In this document: positions 19,573 through 29,365 of the stretch, piece after piece
Layout: each line of letters begins with the position of its first letter
How positions within the stretch are numbered: position 1 is the stretch's first letter
Origin: Oceanispirochaeta sp.
Lineage (GTDB): Bacteria > Spirochaetota > Spirochaetia > DSM-2461
Direction: 5' to 3'
DNA length: 64,000 nt
NCBI GenBank assembly: GCA_963663385.2
Contig: CAXXXD010000001.1
Location: 288,001 to 352,000, forward strand
The notes under the pieces: model-generated
What the model was told of the DNA's origin: nothing
Database searches by the model: none
Seen by the model: the letters and a program-made list of their open reading frames with translations, nothing else
Program-made: the position numbers and the translations under genes

Positions 19573-21279
19573 GTGTCCTCTGATTCCATAATAGAGTTCA
19601 GGGATTTCGGCTTTCAGTATTATACGCAGGCCAGACCGACTCTATACGATATAAATCTCACTATAAACAGAGGGGAGAAAATCCTGATAATAGGTCCCAG
19701 CGGCAGCGGTAAAAGCACCCTGGGACACTGTTTGAACGGGTTAATCCCCTTTTCCTATAAGGGTGAAATAACAGGCAGTCTTCAGATCAAGGGCGAAGAG
19801 ACAAAAAAACTGGATATTTTCAGATTATCCAAAATGCTGGGGACCGTTCTCCAGGATCCGGACGGCCAGTTTGTGGGTCTAACGGTTTTTGAGGATATCG
19901 CCTTTGCCCTGGAAAACGACAGGATCCCCACAGAAGAGATGAAAGAGCGAGTCCGGAGGGCTGCAGAACTGGTAAAGATGCAGGATTTTGCCGGGTCCTC
20001 TCCCTACGAACTCTCGGGAGGACAGAAGCAGAGAACGTCCCTGGCGGGTGTTTTGATAGACAATGTGGATATACTCCTTTTCGATGAACCCCTTGCCAAC
20101 CTGGATCCGGCCACGGGAAAAACGGCCATAGAAATTATTGATGAAATTCACGAAAAAACAGATAAAACCGTTGTAATAATTGAGCACCGCCTGGAGGATG
20201 TCCTCCACCGGAATGTAGACAGGGTGCTTCTTATGAACGAAGGAAGAATCCTGGCTGATATGAATGCGGACAGATTGATGGCATCCTCCCTGCTTTTTGA
20301 AAACGGTATCCGGGAGCCGCTCTATGTTACGGCACTGAAGTACGCCGGTGTGGATGTCAGCGAAGATTTACAGGCGGGGAGCCTGGATACCCTGAAGATG
20401 AAAGACCTCTCGGAACCGCTGAAAGCCTGGTTCCGTTCCCGTGAACCGGAAAAACCGCAGAAAAAAGCCAAAACACTTTTGCAGGCGGAAGGGCTCGGTT
20501 TCTCCTACGACGGAGTGAAACCTACTGTCGATGATGTTACATTTTCCATCGACGAAGGGGAGTGCATCGCTGTTATCGGGAAAAACGGTGCGGGGAAATC
20601 GACCCTGTCCCGTCTTATCTGCGGTTTTGAAAAAGAGGACCGGGGGAAGCTCATCTACCGGGGGGAAGATATCCGGGACCTGACAATCAAAGAGAGGGCT
20701 GAAAAAATCGGTGTGGTTATGCAGAATCCCAATCAGATGATTTCAAAACCCCTTATTTTTGATGAAATAGCCCTGGGTCTCCGGCTGCGTCAGGTAGATG
20801 AAGAAGAAATTGCGGAGCGTGTTGAAAAGGTTCTGAAAGTCTGCGGATTATCCCCCTTCCGGAAGTGGCCGATTGCTGCATTGAGCTACGGTCAGAAGAA
20901 AAGGGTAACTATCGCTTCCATTCTGGTATTGAATCCCGAACTTATCATACTGGACGAACCGACTGCCGGGCAGGACTACCGCCACTACAGCGAGATCATG
21001 AATTTCGTAGGGGAGATTAACCGCCTGGGAGTGGCGATTATCCTGATTACCCACGATATGCATCTGATGCTGGAACATACAACCCGGGCGATTGTTCTGG
21101 CGGACGGCAGAAAAATAGCGGATACCAGACCGAGCCGGATTCTAACCGATCCGGCTGTAATCGGAAAGGCGAACCTGACGGAAACCTCCCTGTACAGACT
21201 CAGCCAGAATGCGGGGATTTCAGATGGAACAGGCTTTGTCCAGGATTTTATCGAGTATGAGAGGAAACACCGGATATGA
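19573..21279 (+). CDS. ECF transporter ATPase with duplicated ABC domains
   Basis: GPSGSGKS / LSGGQ / FDEP, then GKNGAGKS / LSYGQ / LDEP. Confidence 0.95.
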   Translation: MSSDSIIEFRDFGFQYYTQARPTLYDINLTINRGEKILIIGPSGSGKSTLGHCLNGLIPFSYKGEITGSLQIKGEETKKLDIFRLSKMLGTVLQDPDGQFVGLTVFEDIAFALENDRIPTEEMKERVRRAAELVKMQDFAGSSPYELSGGQKQRTSLAGVLIDNVDILLFDEPLANLDPATGKTAIEIIDEIHEKTDKTVVIIEHRLEDVLHRNVDRVLLMNEGRILADMNADRLMASSLLFENGIREPLYVTALKYAGVDVSEDLQAGSLDTLKMKDLSEPLKAWFRSREPEKPQKKAKTLLQAEGLGFSYDGVKPTVDDVTFSIDEGECIAVIGKNGAGKSTLSRLICGFEKEDRGKLIYRGEDIRDLTIKERAEKIGVVMQNPNQMISKPLIFDEIALGLRLRQVDEEEIAERVEKVLKVCGLSPFRKWPIAALSYGQKKRVTIASILVLNPELIILDEPTAGQDYRHYSEIMNFVGEINRLGVAIILITHDMHLMLEHTTRAIVLADGRKIADTRPSRILTDPAVIGKANLTETSLYRLSQNAGISDGTGFVQDFIEYERKHRI

Positions 21280-22109
21280 AGGGAAAACTTTTTTCCTATA
21301 ACTATATGAATACTCCCATCCACAACCTGTCGGGCCTGACCAAACTGCTCTGCTTTCTCCTGCTCACTTTCGCTGTTATGTTCAGCTACGATATCCGGGC
21401 CATTCTGTTTATCATGGTTTTCTCCATCGGAATTCTGAAAACGGCCAGAATACGCTACTCCCAGATACGGCTGATGGTAATTTATGTGGCCTTCTTTATC
21501 CTGACCAATGCGGTTATCACATTTTTCTTCTCCCCCGAGGAAGGTGTCAAAATTTATGGGACCAGACATGTTCTTTTCAGAATGGCAGGCCCCTACATCC
21601 TGACAAAAGAACAGCTCCTTTATCAGGGAACAAAACTGGCTAAATATATCTCTGTTATCCCCCTTGGGATTACCTTCTTATTAACCACCAATCCCAGTGA
21701 ATTCGCTTCGGCCCTTAATGGTATCGGAGTACATTATAAAGCCGCCTATGCCGTATCCCTTACACTCCGCTACTTTCCCGACATTCAGAGGGAGTACAGA
21801 AATATCAGCCTCTCCCAGCAGGCCAGGGGACTGGATATTTCCCAAAAAGCCCGTTTTACAAGCCGCGTAAAAAATGCCCTGCTTATCATCATTCCTCTTG
21901 TTTTTTCCACTCTGGACAGAATTGAACTGATCAGTAATGCCATGGATCTGAGAGGATTCGGAAAGTACAGAAAAAGGACCTGGTATACCATGCGCCATTT
22001 TGCAGCAGCCGATTTGATTGCCATACTGGTTTCTATCCTGTTATTTACCGGCACCATTCTGATATCAGTTTTTATAAATCATGACAGATTTTTCAACCCG
22101 TTTATCTAG
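21276..22109 (+). CDS. ECF transporter T component
   Basis: QQARG and MDLRGF coupling-helix motifs. Confidence 0.93.
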   Translation: MKGKLFSYNYMNTPIHNLSGLTKLLCFLLLTFAVMFSYDIRAILFIMVFSIGILKTARIRYSQIRLMVIYVAFFILTNAVITFFFSPEEGVKIYGTRHVLFRMAGPYILTKEQLLYQGTKLAKYISVIPLGITFLLTTNPSEFASALNGIGVHYKAAYAVSLTLRYFPDIQREYRNISLSQQARGLDISQKARFTSRVKNALLIIIPLVFSTLDRIELISNAMDLRGFGKYRKRTWYTMRHFAAADLIAILVSILLFTGTILISVFINHDRFFNPFI

Positions 22110-22118
22110 GAGCAGACT

Positions 22119-22967
22119 ATGTCGAAGGCACTAATGGTTTTTCAATCCGATTTTACCTATAAGGAAGGCGCAGTCTGCGCCATGTACGGCGTCGTGAAAA
22201 GTGTGGATCGGGAACTGGAGATCCTGACCGGGACTCATGAAATCCCCCGGTTTGATACCTGGAGCGCCTCATACAGGCTGAATCAGTCCATGAGGTTCTG
22301 GCCGGAGGGCACAGTATTTGTATCTGTTGTGGATCCCGGTGTCGGAACAGGCCGGAAAGCTTCCGTTGCCCTGACGGCAGACGGCTACTATGTGGTTACA
22401 CCGGACAACGGGTCTCTGACCCACCTTTTCTTTGAAGCGGGGATCCGGGAAATCCGGGAAATTGACGAGTCTGTCAACCGCCTGAGAGGGAAAGGGACGG
22501 AAGAGATCTGTATCTTCCACGGCAGGGATGTTTTTGCCTTTTGTGCCGCCAGACTGGCTTCCGGCCAGATCAGCTTCGAGGAGGTCGGTCCCGCCTATCC
22601 TCCAGAAGAGATTGTCTGTCACCCTCTGCTGGAACCGGTAGTTACCCCGACAGGGATTAAAGGCATAGTTGAGATTAACGATCCGAATTTTGGCAATATC
22701 TGGACCAATATCCCCCTTTCTCAATTCAAGTCCGCCGGATTTGAGTATGGAGACAGGGTTGACGTGCTTATCCGTAAAGAGGGAAAAGAGGTTTTCCGTA
22801 ATACCGTTCCCTTTCACAAATCTTTTGGATTTGCGGAAGAAGGACAGCCAGTTATTTATAATAACGAACTGATGAAAATATCCCTTGCCGTTTCCAGAGG
22901 GGACTTCGAAGAAAAATACCGGATCGGCTTCGGCTCCGAATGGACTGTCGATTTTTCCAGAGGATAA
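22119..22967 (+). CDS. SAM hydroxide adenosyltransferase (DUF62 / SAM-dependent halogenase superfamily)
   Basis: QSDF, VVDPGVGTGR, TPDNG, FHGRDVF and FGNIWTN. Confidence 0.9.
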   Translation: MSKALMVFQSDFTYKEGAVCAMYGVVKSVDRELEILTGTHEIPRFDTWSASYRLNQSMRFWPEGTVFVSVVDPGVGTGRKASVALTADGYYVVTPDNGSLTHLFFEAGIREIREIDESVNRLRGKGTEEICIFHGRDVFAFCAARLASGQISFEEVGPAYPPEEIVCHPLLEPVVTPTGIKGIVEINDPNFGNIWTNIPLSQFKSAGFEYGDRVDVLIRKEGKEVFRNTVPFHKSFGFAEEGQPVIYNNELMKISLAVSRGDFEEKYRIGFGSEWTVDFSRG

Positions 22968-23004
22968 ACAGAATGCCGCATCATATCAATTACAGGAGGC
23001 CCAT

Positions 23005-23712
23005 ATGAGTAAGCTCAGTGAAAAAACCATAACAGAGCTGCAGAAAAAATTCCCCGCAGCTCTCAACTACCTGGTGTCTATTTTTCTTATTCAGAGAGAA
23101 CATGGAAAAACAGGAAATGCCCGCCTTGCAGAAAATCTGGGTGTTTCAAAACCGGCTGTAAACCAGGCTATCGGCCGTTTGAAAAAACATAACCTGGTGG
23201 AGCAGGATCCCTACGGATCCATACGGCTGACCGATACAGGCCGGGATTTTGCCGTCTGTACTTTGAAAAAGCACTACCTGATCGAACACCTTCTTATTTC
23301 CAGAACCAACTACCCCTGGGAGAAATCGGACGAGGAGGCCCAAAGACTTCAAACCTGTCTTTCCCAGGAGTTTACTGACTACCTCTATGATTTTTTCGGT
23401 CACCCCCAAACCTGCCCTCACGGCAATCCCTTTCCGGATAGTCCCCGGGAGGAGGCCCTGCTCTCGGCCCCCCGCCTGTCCGAAGCGCCTCAGGATACTC
23501 CCGTGAAAATTATCCGGATTACAGAAGAGGGGGAGGCCGAGGAAGGTCTTCTCCGATTTTGCTACATACACAAGCTTCAACCGGGCAAAACCCTATGTAT
23601 AAAGGAGCGTTTGGACGACGAATTCCTGAAGATAGACAGTGACAATACAGAGATACGGATGCCCCTGTCCATAGCGAAATACCTATGCTATAAACCGCTT
23701 ACCCCGGAATAA
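23005..23712 (+). CDS. DtxR/MntR-family regulator with FeoA-like C-terminal domain
   Basis: YLVSIF, LAENLGVSKPAV HTH, KHYLIEHLL and TCPHGNPFP; AGGAGG RBS before ATG 23005. Confidence 0.85.
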   Translation: MSKLSEKTITELQKKFPAALNYLVSIFLIQREHGKTGNARLAENLGVSKPAVNQAIGRLKKHNLVEQDPYGSIRLTDTGRDFAVCTLKKHYLIEHLLISRTNYPWEKSDEEAQRLQTCLSQEFTDYLYDFFGHPQTCPHGNPFPDSPREEALLSAPRLSEAPQDTPVKIIRITEEGEAEEGLLRFCYIHKLQPGKTLCIKERLDDEFLKIDSDNTEIRMPLSIAKYLCYKPLTPE

Positions 23713-23723
23713 ACCGACGGCTC

Positions 23724-23769
23724 TTGACAGAATAGCGGAAACTTTCTAATTTTAATTAGCCGGCTAATT
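23724..23769 (+). promoter_or_regulatory. Sigma70 promoter with probable MarR operator
   Basis: TTGACA (23724)-N17-TAATTT (23747), followed by the perfect 16-bp palindrome AATTAGCCGGCTAATT (23754-23769). Confidence 0.75.
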
Positions 23770-23788
23770 GATTTTTCGGGACAGAAGA

Positions 23789-24238
23789 ATGCGGAATAAA
23801 AAAGAAAGTATTTCGGAAATGATCAGAATACTGCATCACCGACACAGAAAGTATACCAGACCGTTTTTTGAAAAGATGGGCTTGTTTCGGGGGCAGCCTC
23901 CCCTTCTCCTTCTGCTGGCAGAAAAAGATGGAATGACACAGAAGGAAATTGCTTCGACCCTCAACCTGACACCTCCTACGGTAAATAAGATGGTTCGCCG
24001 GATGGAGCAGGGAGGTTTTATCCACAAGAGGAATGATCCGGAAGACCTCAGGATTACACGGATTCTTCTCAGCTCAAAAGGACTGGCCCTTATAGGTCAG
24101 ATCAGAGAGGTTATCGACGAAGAAGAGCAGGCTATATCCGCCCTGTATACTCCCGAAGAAAAAAGACTGCTTCTGAAGCTGCTTTCCCGGATAACAGAAG
24201 TATATGAAAAGGGACAGGAAAAGGAGTCAGAAACATGA
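23789..24238 (+). CDS. MarR family transcriptional regulator
   Basis: GMTQKEIA, PPTVNKMVRRME and DPEDLR winged helix. Start placed at ATG 23789. Confidence 0.9.
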   Translation: MRNKKESISEMIRILHHRHRKYTRPFFEKMGLFRGQPPLLLLLAEKDGMTQKEIASTLNLTPPTVNKMVRRMEQGGFIHKRNDPEDLRITRILLSSKGLALIGQIREVIDEEEQAISALYTPEEKRLLLKLLSRITEVYEKGQEKESET

Positions 24239-25962
24239 ATATTATTAAGAAGTATATCCGTCCCTACCTTGTTCCGGCGCTGCTGGCTCCTCTTTTTATG
24301 CTTCTGGAAGTCTTTATGGACCTGATGCAACCGACTCTGATGGCCAGGATTATTGATAAAGGCATTATGCTTTCTGATCAGAGGGTTCTTTTACACACAG
24401 GCCTTTTCATGCTCGGCCTTACCGTTATCGGCCTGTTGGGAGGCATAGGCTGCACAATTGCCTCCACCTATGCCTCCACAGGGGTTGCAAAGGATCTGAG
24501 GGAGAGCCTTTATGCCAAAGTTCTCAGCCTGTCCCATAAAAACATGGATGAACTGGAAACCGGGCATATTATAACCCGCCTGACAAATGACGTTGTACAA
24601 GTCGAGTCCATTATCCGTTTCGGTTTACGGATACTCGTCAGGGCCCCTTTGCAGATAATCGGCAGCCTGGTTCTGGCCGTTATAATCAGTCCGGCGCTCT
24701 CGGCTATCTTCCTGGTGCTTATCCCTCTGATTATTGTCACTGTATTTTTCATAATGAAGCTTGCGAGTCCTGTTTTTACACAGGTTCAGAATAAAATGGA
24801 CCGCCTCAATGTCTGTCTCCAGGAGAACCTGGCCGGAATCCGACTGGTGAAGGCATTCGGACGCCAGGATCATGAAAAGGAGAAATTCCACAGGGCCAAC
24901 AATGAATTGATAGAGAAAAACATCCAGGCATCCCGTATCCTGGCATTTGCCAATCCCCTGATGACCCTGTTTCTGAATGCAGGAATCCTTGCGGTAATCT
25001 GGTTCGGAAGCGGCAGAGTCTGGAATGGGAATCTGCAGATTGGCAGGATCATCGCTTTTATCAACTATATGCTGCAGCTATCCATGTCTCTTATCATGGC
25101 AAGCCATATTCTGATAAACCTTTCCCGGGCCGGTGCGTCCCTGATTCGTCTGGAGGAACTGCTCTCGCTTGAGGCAGATATACAGGAAGGAGAGGATCCG
25201 ACCCCGGACCGGATGATTAAGGGCGCAGTAGAGTTCCGTCATGTATCATTCTCCTACAAAGGAAATTCACAGGATCCGGTTCTGAATGATATTTCTTTCA
25301 CGGTGTCTCCAGGCGAAAAGGTCGCCATCCTGGGTGCGACCGGTTCCGGAAAATCGACACTGGCCGCTCTGATCCCCCGCCTTTATGATACCGATGCCGG
25401 CAGCATCCTGATTGATGGAAAAGATATAAAGAAGTATTCCCTCTCCCATCTCCGAGCGAATATCGGTATGGCCCCTCAACAGACAATTCTGTTCAGCGGA
25501 TCAATCGGACAGAATATCAAATACGGCAAAGAGAATTTTGAAGGAAAGATGGAGTCCTATGCGGAAACGGCATCCATAAGGGATTTTATTGAATCCCAGC
25601 CGGAGAAATATAACAGCGAGGTTAAAAGGCGCGGGGCCAATCTTTCAGGGGGCCAGAAACAGAGAATCGCCATTGCCCGGGCACTCTGGGGGGACCCGCC
25701 CATTGTAATTCTGGATGATTCAACCAGTGCGGTTGATATGAAAACAGCAGAAATGATTCAAACAGCCCTTTACACACAGAAGAAGAGCACCGTTTTTATC
25801 ATATCCCAGAGGATTTCTTCAGCCCTGAAAGCTGACCGCATTATGCTGCTGGAGGACGGAAAGATTGCCGGCCTGGGAACTCATAAAGAGCTGATTGCTC
25901 AAAACAGTATCTACCAGGAAATATTCCGTTCACAAACTCAGGAGGAGGTGAAAATTTCATGA
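24235..25962 (+). CDS. Heterodimeric ABC exporter subunit (degenerate-site half)
   Basis: Six TM segments plus GATGSGKS and LSGGQ; Walker B ILDD (E to D) and switch ISQR (H to Q). Confidence 0.93.
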   Translation: MNIIKKYIRPYLVPALLAPLFMLLEVFMDLMQPTLMARIIDKGIMLSDQRVLLHTGLFMLGLTVIGLLGGIGCTIASTYASTGVAKDLRESLYAKVLSLSHKNMDELETGHIITRLTNDVVQVESIIRFGLRILVRAPLQIIGSLVLAVIISPALSAIFLVLIPLIIVTVFFIMKLASPVFTQVQNKMDRLNVCLQENLAGIRLVKAFGRQDHEKEKFHRANNELIEKNIQASRILAFANPLMTLFLNAGILAVIWFGSGRVWNGNLQIGRIIAFINYMLQLSMSLIMASHILINLSRAGASLIRLEELLSLEADIQEGEDPTPDRMIKGAVEFRHVSFSYKGNSQDPVLNDISFTVSPGEKVAILGATGSGKSTLAALIPRLYDTDAGSILIDGKDIKKYSLSHLRANIGMAPQQTILFSGSIGQNIKYGKENFEGKMESYAETASIRDFIESQPEKYNSEVKRRGANLSGGQKQRIAIARALWGDPPIVILDDSTSAVDMKTAEMIQTALYTQKKSTVFIISQRISSALKADRIMLLEDGKIAGLGTHKELIAQNSIYQEIFRSQTQEEVKIS

Positions 25963-27776
25963 ATCCTTCATTCAGTCCGGGTAAGGGTCCGGGTTCACAT
26001 AAAGGTCCGGGGCATGTGGTTATGCAGAAAGTCAGAGTTAAAAATATGCGGTCCCTTCTCGTCAGGTTATGGACCTATTTCCCCGGAGCCAAAACCCGGT
26101 TTCTGACTTCAGTTCTCCTTATCGGTTTAACAACACTGCTTCAGGTTCTGGCACCGTATTATCAGGGAGTTGCCATAGACCGCGGTATTATTGCCGGAAA
26201 TATCGAACAGCTGATCCGGGCCATTCTTATAATGGGAGCCCTGTTCTTTCTCTCCGGACTAATATCACTGGTTCAGAATGTTCTGATGATCGAGATTTCC
26301 CAGCATGTTGTCAAAAACATGAGAAACAAACTTTTCGATAAACTCCAGACCCTCTCTCTCCGGTATTTTGACCGGAACCCCTACGGGGAATTGATGAGCC
26401 GCGTCTCCAATGATATCGATCTGATCAGCCAGACGCTGTCAACCAGCCTGACCCAGCTGATAAGCAGTGTCATTTCCATTGCCGGTGTTACCGTAATGAT
26501 GATGCTGCTTAATACCCGCATGGCCCTTATTGCGCTTGTCACCATTCCCCTGATTATCGTTATAACCAGACACATAGCCAAATATACAAGAAAGGGATAC
26601 AAAGACCAGCAGAGTTTCCTGGGAGAACTGAATGGTCAGATTGAAGAGTCGGTCTCGGCCCTTCCCACAGTCAAACTTTTCGGCACGGAGGAGGACAACC
26701 TCCGGCAGTTTTCCGAAACCAACAGGAAGCTGAAAAAAGCAGCCGTCAGGGCCAATATTTACGGCGGGATAATGGGCCCCACCATGAACCTGATGAGGAA
26801 TCTGAATTTTATCATCGTTGCTTTTGCCGGCGGCTATCTGGCCTTCAACGGTCAAATGAGCATAGGTCTCATAGCTGTTTTCCTGCAATACACGAGGCAG
26901 TTCTCCCGCCCACTGAATCAGATTGCCCAGCTGTATAATCAGCTTCAGTCAGCTCTGGCTGGAGCTGAAAGGGTTTTTACTGTTATGGATGAGGAACCGG
27001 AAATCCGTAATCCGCCGGATCCCCTTCCTGTTGAATCCCTCAGCGGTAAAATCGAATTCAGAAACGTGGACTTTGCCTATGTAGAAGATCAGCGGGTACT
27101 GAAAAATCTCTCATTCTCCGTTCAGAAAGGAATGAACATAGCCATTGTCGGCGAAACAGGCGCGGGAAAAACCACCATTGTCAATCTTCTCACCCGATTC
27201 TATGATATTAATGCCGGATCAATTATCCTTGACGGACATGACATTAAAAAGCTGAAGGTTGAAAATCTGAGAAAGAACCTCGGCTTTGTACTGCAGGATA
27301 CATTTCTATTCTCTGATACGGTACGGGAAAATATCCGCTACGGAAAGCCGGAAGCCACAGACGAGCAGGTTACCGCAGCCGCAGAAATGGCTAATGCCCA
27401 TCATTTTATCCACCGGCTGCCGGAAGGATACGATACGGTACTATCTGAAGAGGGGAATAACCTGAGTGAGGGGCAGAAGCAGCTGCTGGCCATAGCCCGT
27501 GTGATACTCTCGGACCCTTCCATTCTGATACTGGATGAAGCAACCAGCAGTGTTGACAGCAGAACAGAGGCTCATATTCAGCAGGCATTAATGAAACTGA
27601 CGGAAGGACGAACCAGTTTTATCATTGCCCACAGACTGAATACCATCCGCAATGCCGACAGAATTCTTGTTCTGGATCAGGGACGGATTATCGAACAGGG
27701 CAATCATGATACCCTGATAGACAGAAAAGGGGCCTATTACGATTTATACAGCCGGGCGGCCGCATCACTCCCCTGA
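25959..27776 (+). CDS. Heterodimeric ABC exporter subunit (consensus-site half)
   Basis: GETGAGKT, LSEGQ, ILDEATS and IAHRL. Confidence 0.93.
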   Translation: MNPSFSPGKGPGSHKGPGHVVMQKVRVKNMRSLLVRLWTYFPGAKTRFLTSVLLIGLTTLLQVLAPYYQGVAIDRGIIAGNIEQLIRAILIMGALFFLSGLISLVQNVLMIEISQHVVKNMRNKLFDKLQTLSLRYFDRNPYGELMSRVSNDIDLISQTLSTSLTQLISSVISIAGVTVMMMLLNTRMALIALVTIPLIIVITRHIAKYTRKGYKDQQSFLGELNGQIEESVSALPTVKLFGTEEDNLRQFSETNRKLKKAAVRANIYGGIMGPTMNLMRNLNFIIVAFAGGYLAFNGQMSIGLIAVFLQYTRQFSRPLNQIAQLYNQLQSALAGAERVFTVMDEEPEIRNPPDPLPVESLSGKIEFRNVDFAYVEDQRVLKNLSFSVQKGMNIAIVGETGAGKTTIVNLLTRFYDINAGSIILDGHDIKKLKVENLRKNLGFVLQDTFLFSDTVRENIRYGKPEATDEQVTAAAEMANAHHFIHRLPEGYDTVLSEEGNNLSEGQKQLLAIARVILSDPSILILDEATSSVDSRTEAHIQQALMKLTEGRTSFIIAHRLNTIRNADRILVLDQGRIIEQGNHDTLIDRKGAYYDLYSRAAASLP

Positions 27777-28271
27777 TTCTGAATCGAACCAGAAGTCACA
27801 ACCGTATCCTCCGACGATTGTTCCGGTAGAGACTTCCAGCAACTGCCCTGAAAACCGGTAAGTGTCCCCTTCCAGCAACGCCAGTGTTCCGGCAACCAGA
27901 AGATCCGCCCCCAATAACGACCCGACCTGCAGCTGGGCGTCCCGGTAGGTCAGGCCTTCCAGCTCCAGCGCCTGTTCTTTGATAACCTTATCAACCTGAT
28001 CCCTGGTGACAACCCTTATATTCACATCCTCTTCCCGGAAAGAAGTCACAAGAGCGGTCGCAAGATCATCCCGAAAAAGACTGTAAAGCCTTTCCGGCAG
28101 ATCTTTCTGTTCAAGATCTGCGATTGCCAGTACAGCACCCTCAAACTCTCCCAGCTGTTCAGCAGCTTCCCACCCGAATTCCTCTGCAGCCCCTCGTGAA
28201 TCGGGCAGGGAACTACAGGATGTAAACAGAAACAGAACAGATAATAACAGAGCGAATAGAACATTTCTCAT
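27765..28271 (-). CDS. Lipoprotein, CsgG/HfaB/FlgO-like
   Basis: Lipobox LFTSC; VVTRDQVDKVIKEQ...QVGSLLGADLLVAG resembles CsgG/TolB-N-like folds. Confidence 0.65.
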   Translation of the reverse strand: MRNVLFALLLSVLFLFTSCSSLPDSRGAAEEFGWEAAEQLGEFEGAVLAIADLEQKDLPERLYSLFRDDLATALVTSFREEDVNIRVVTRDQVDKVIKEQALELEGLTYRDAQLQVGSLLGADLLVAGTLALLEGDTYRFSGQLLEVSTGTIVGGYGCDFWFDSESGE

Positions 28272-28405
28272 TTCAGACTCCTTATTTCTAATTATAGAAC
28301 CTGTACAATTCCATTTGCCGCTTTTCCGTTCTAAATGATTATAATAATTTTTTACACCCCCTTGAAATAATCAAAGGGGATCGGTTGAAGTCTGAGTTCC
28401 GAAGG

Positions 28406-29365
28406 TCAGCTGACGATGACCCGAATCGAATCATCTACTTTTTTGCGCAGTCCATTTTCAATAAAGCTCAAAGTTCCTGTCAGAGAGCTGACGCATCCCA
28501 TACAGGCGCCTTTGTAGGATATGGTGACATTCGTGCTTTCACCGTTATCAGAAATATCCAGGATTTCCACATCCCCGCCATCATGATGAAGCATAGGGCG
28601 CACTTCTCCGTCAAAGTAGGTCTCAATCAGTTTCATTTTCTGAAAGGAACTTCTTTCAGAGAAAGGAATCTCCCTTTGAGCGGCAGCTTCCATCTCCATA
28701 TGGGCCCGGGTCTCTTTCAGAATATCTACAAGGTAATATTTCTTTTTCTCATGGCCTCCGGGCTGAATGCAGGATTTGCAGAAAGCGCCGGCCTTTGTAT
28801 ATTCGGTAATCTGTTCAACTGTAGTTAAATCGTTAATACGGATGACTTCCTGTATGGTTTTCAAAGTAACCCTGGCGCAATCACAAACCATCTCATCATC
28901 ATCCAGGATTCCTTTTTCGACACCTTTATAAAGGGCGGCGGCCTGTTTGATGACATCATAGGCCATAACACTGCAGTGCATTTTCTGGGGGGGAACAGCC
29001 GGAACATCCGGAGTATCCCGGAGAGCCTTCTCTACATCCAGGTTTGTAATTTCAAGAGCCTCATCTACCGTCTTTCCCAGACAGAGTTCAACCATCATAT
29101 CGCTGGAAGCAATAGCCGTCCCGCAGCCGAAACTCTTAAATGACCCTTTAATGATTTTCTCTGTCTCAAGTTCTACAGCCCAGTAGAGTCGTACCGCATC
29201 ACCACAGGATTCTGCACCCCAGTCGGCAATAACCAGTTTGGCGTTCAAGGCTTTTGCTTCCTCTTCGCTTATCTCTCCCAGATGGAGAGGATTATTCATT
29301 CTGTCTGCTACCTTTTTTGAGTAGTTGTCCCAGAGGGATCCACCCAGCAGATCGTTCTTTGCCAT
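28406..29365 (-). CDS. nifU: Fe-S cluster assembly scaffold NifU (IscU-like, BFD and Nfu domains)
   Basis: SCGDAV, FGCGTAIAS, KMHCS, VCDC...GAFCKSC and DGGD...GACMGC. Confidence 0.93.
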   Translation of the reverse strand: MAKNDLLGGSLWDNYSKKVADRMNNPLHLGEISEEEAKALNAKLVIADWGAESCGDAVRLYWAVELETEKIIKGSFKSFGCGTAIASSDMMVELCLGKTVDEALEITNLDVEKALRDTPDVPAVPPQKMHCSVMAYDVIKQAAALYKGVEKGILDDDEMVCDCARVTLKTIQEVIRINDLTTVEQITEYTKAGAFCKSCIQPGGHEKKKYYLVDILKETRAHMEMEAAAQREIPFSERSSFQKMKLIETYFDGEVRPMLHHDGGDVEILDISDNGESTNVTISYKGACMGCVSSLTGTLSFIENGLRKKVDDSIRVIVS

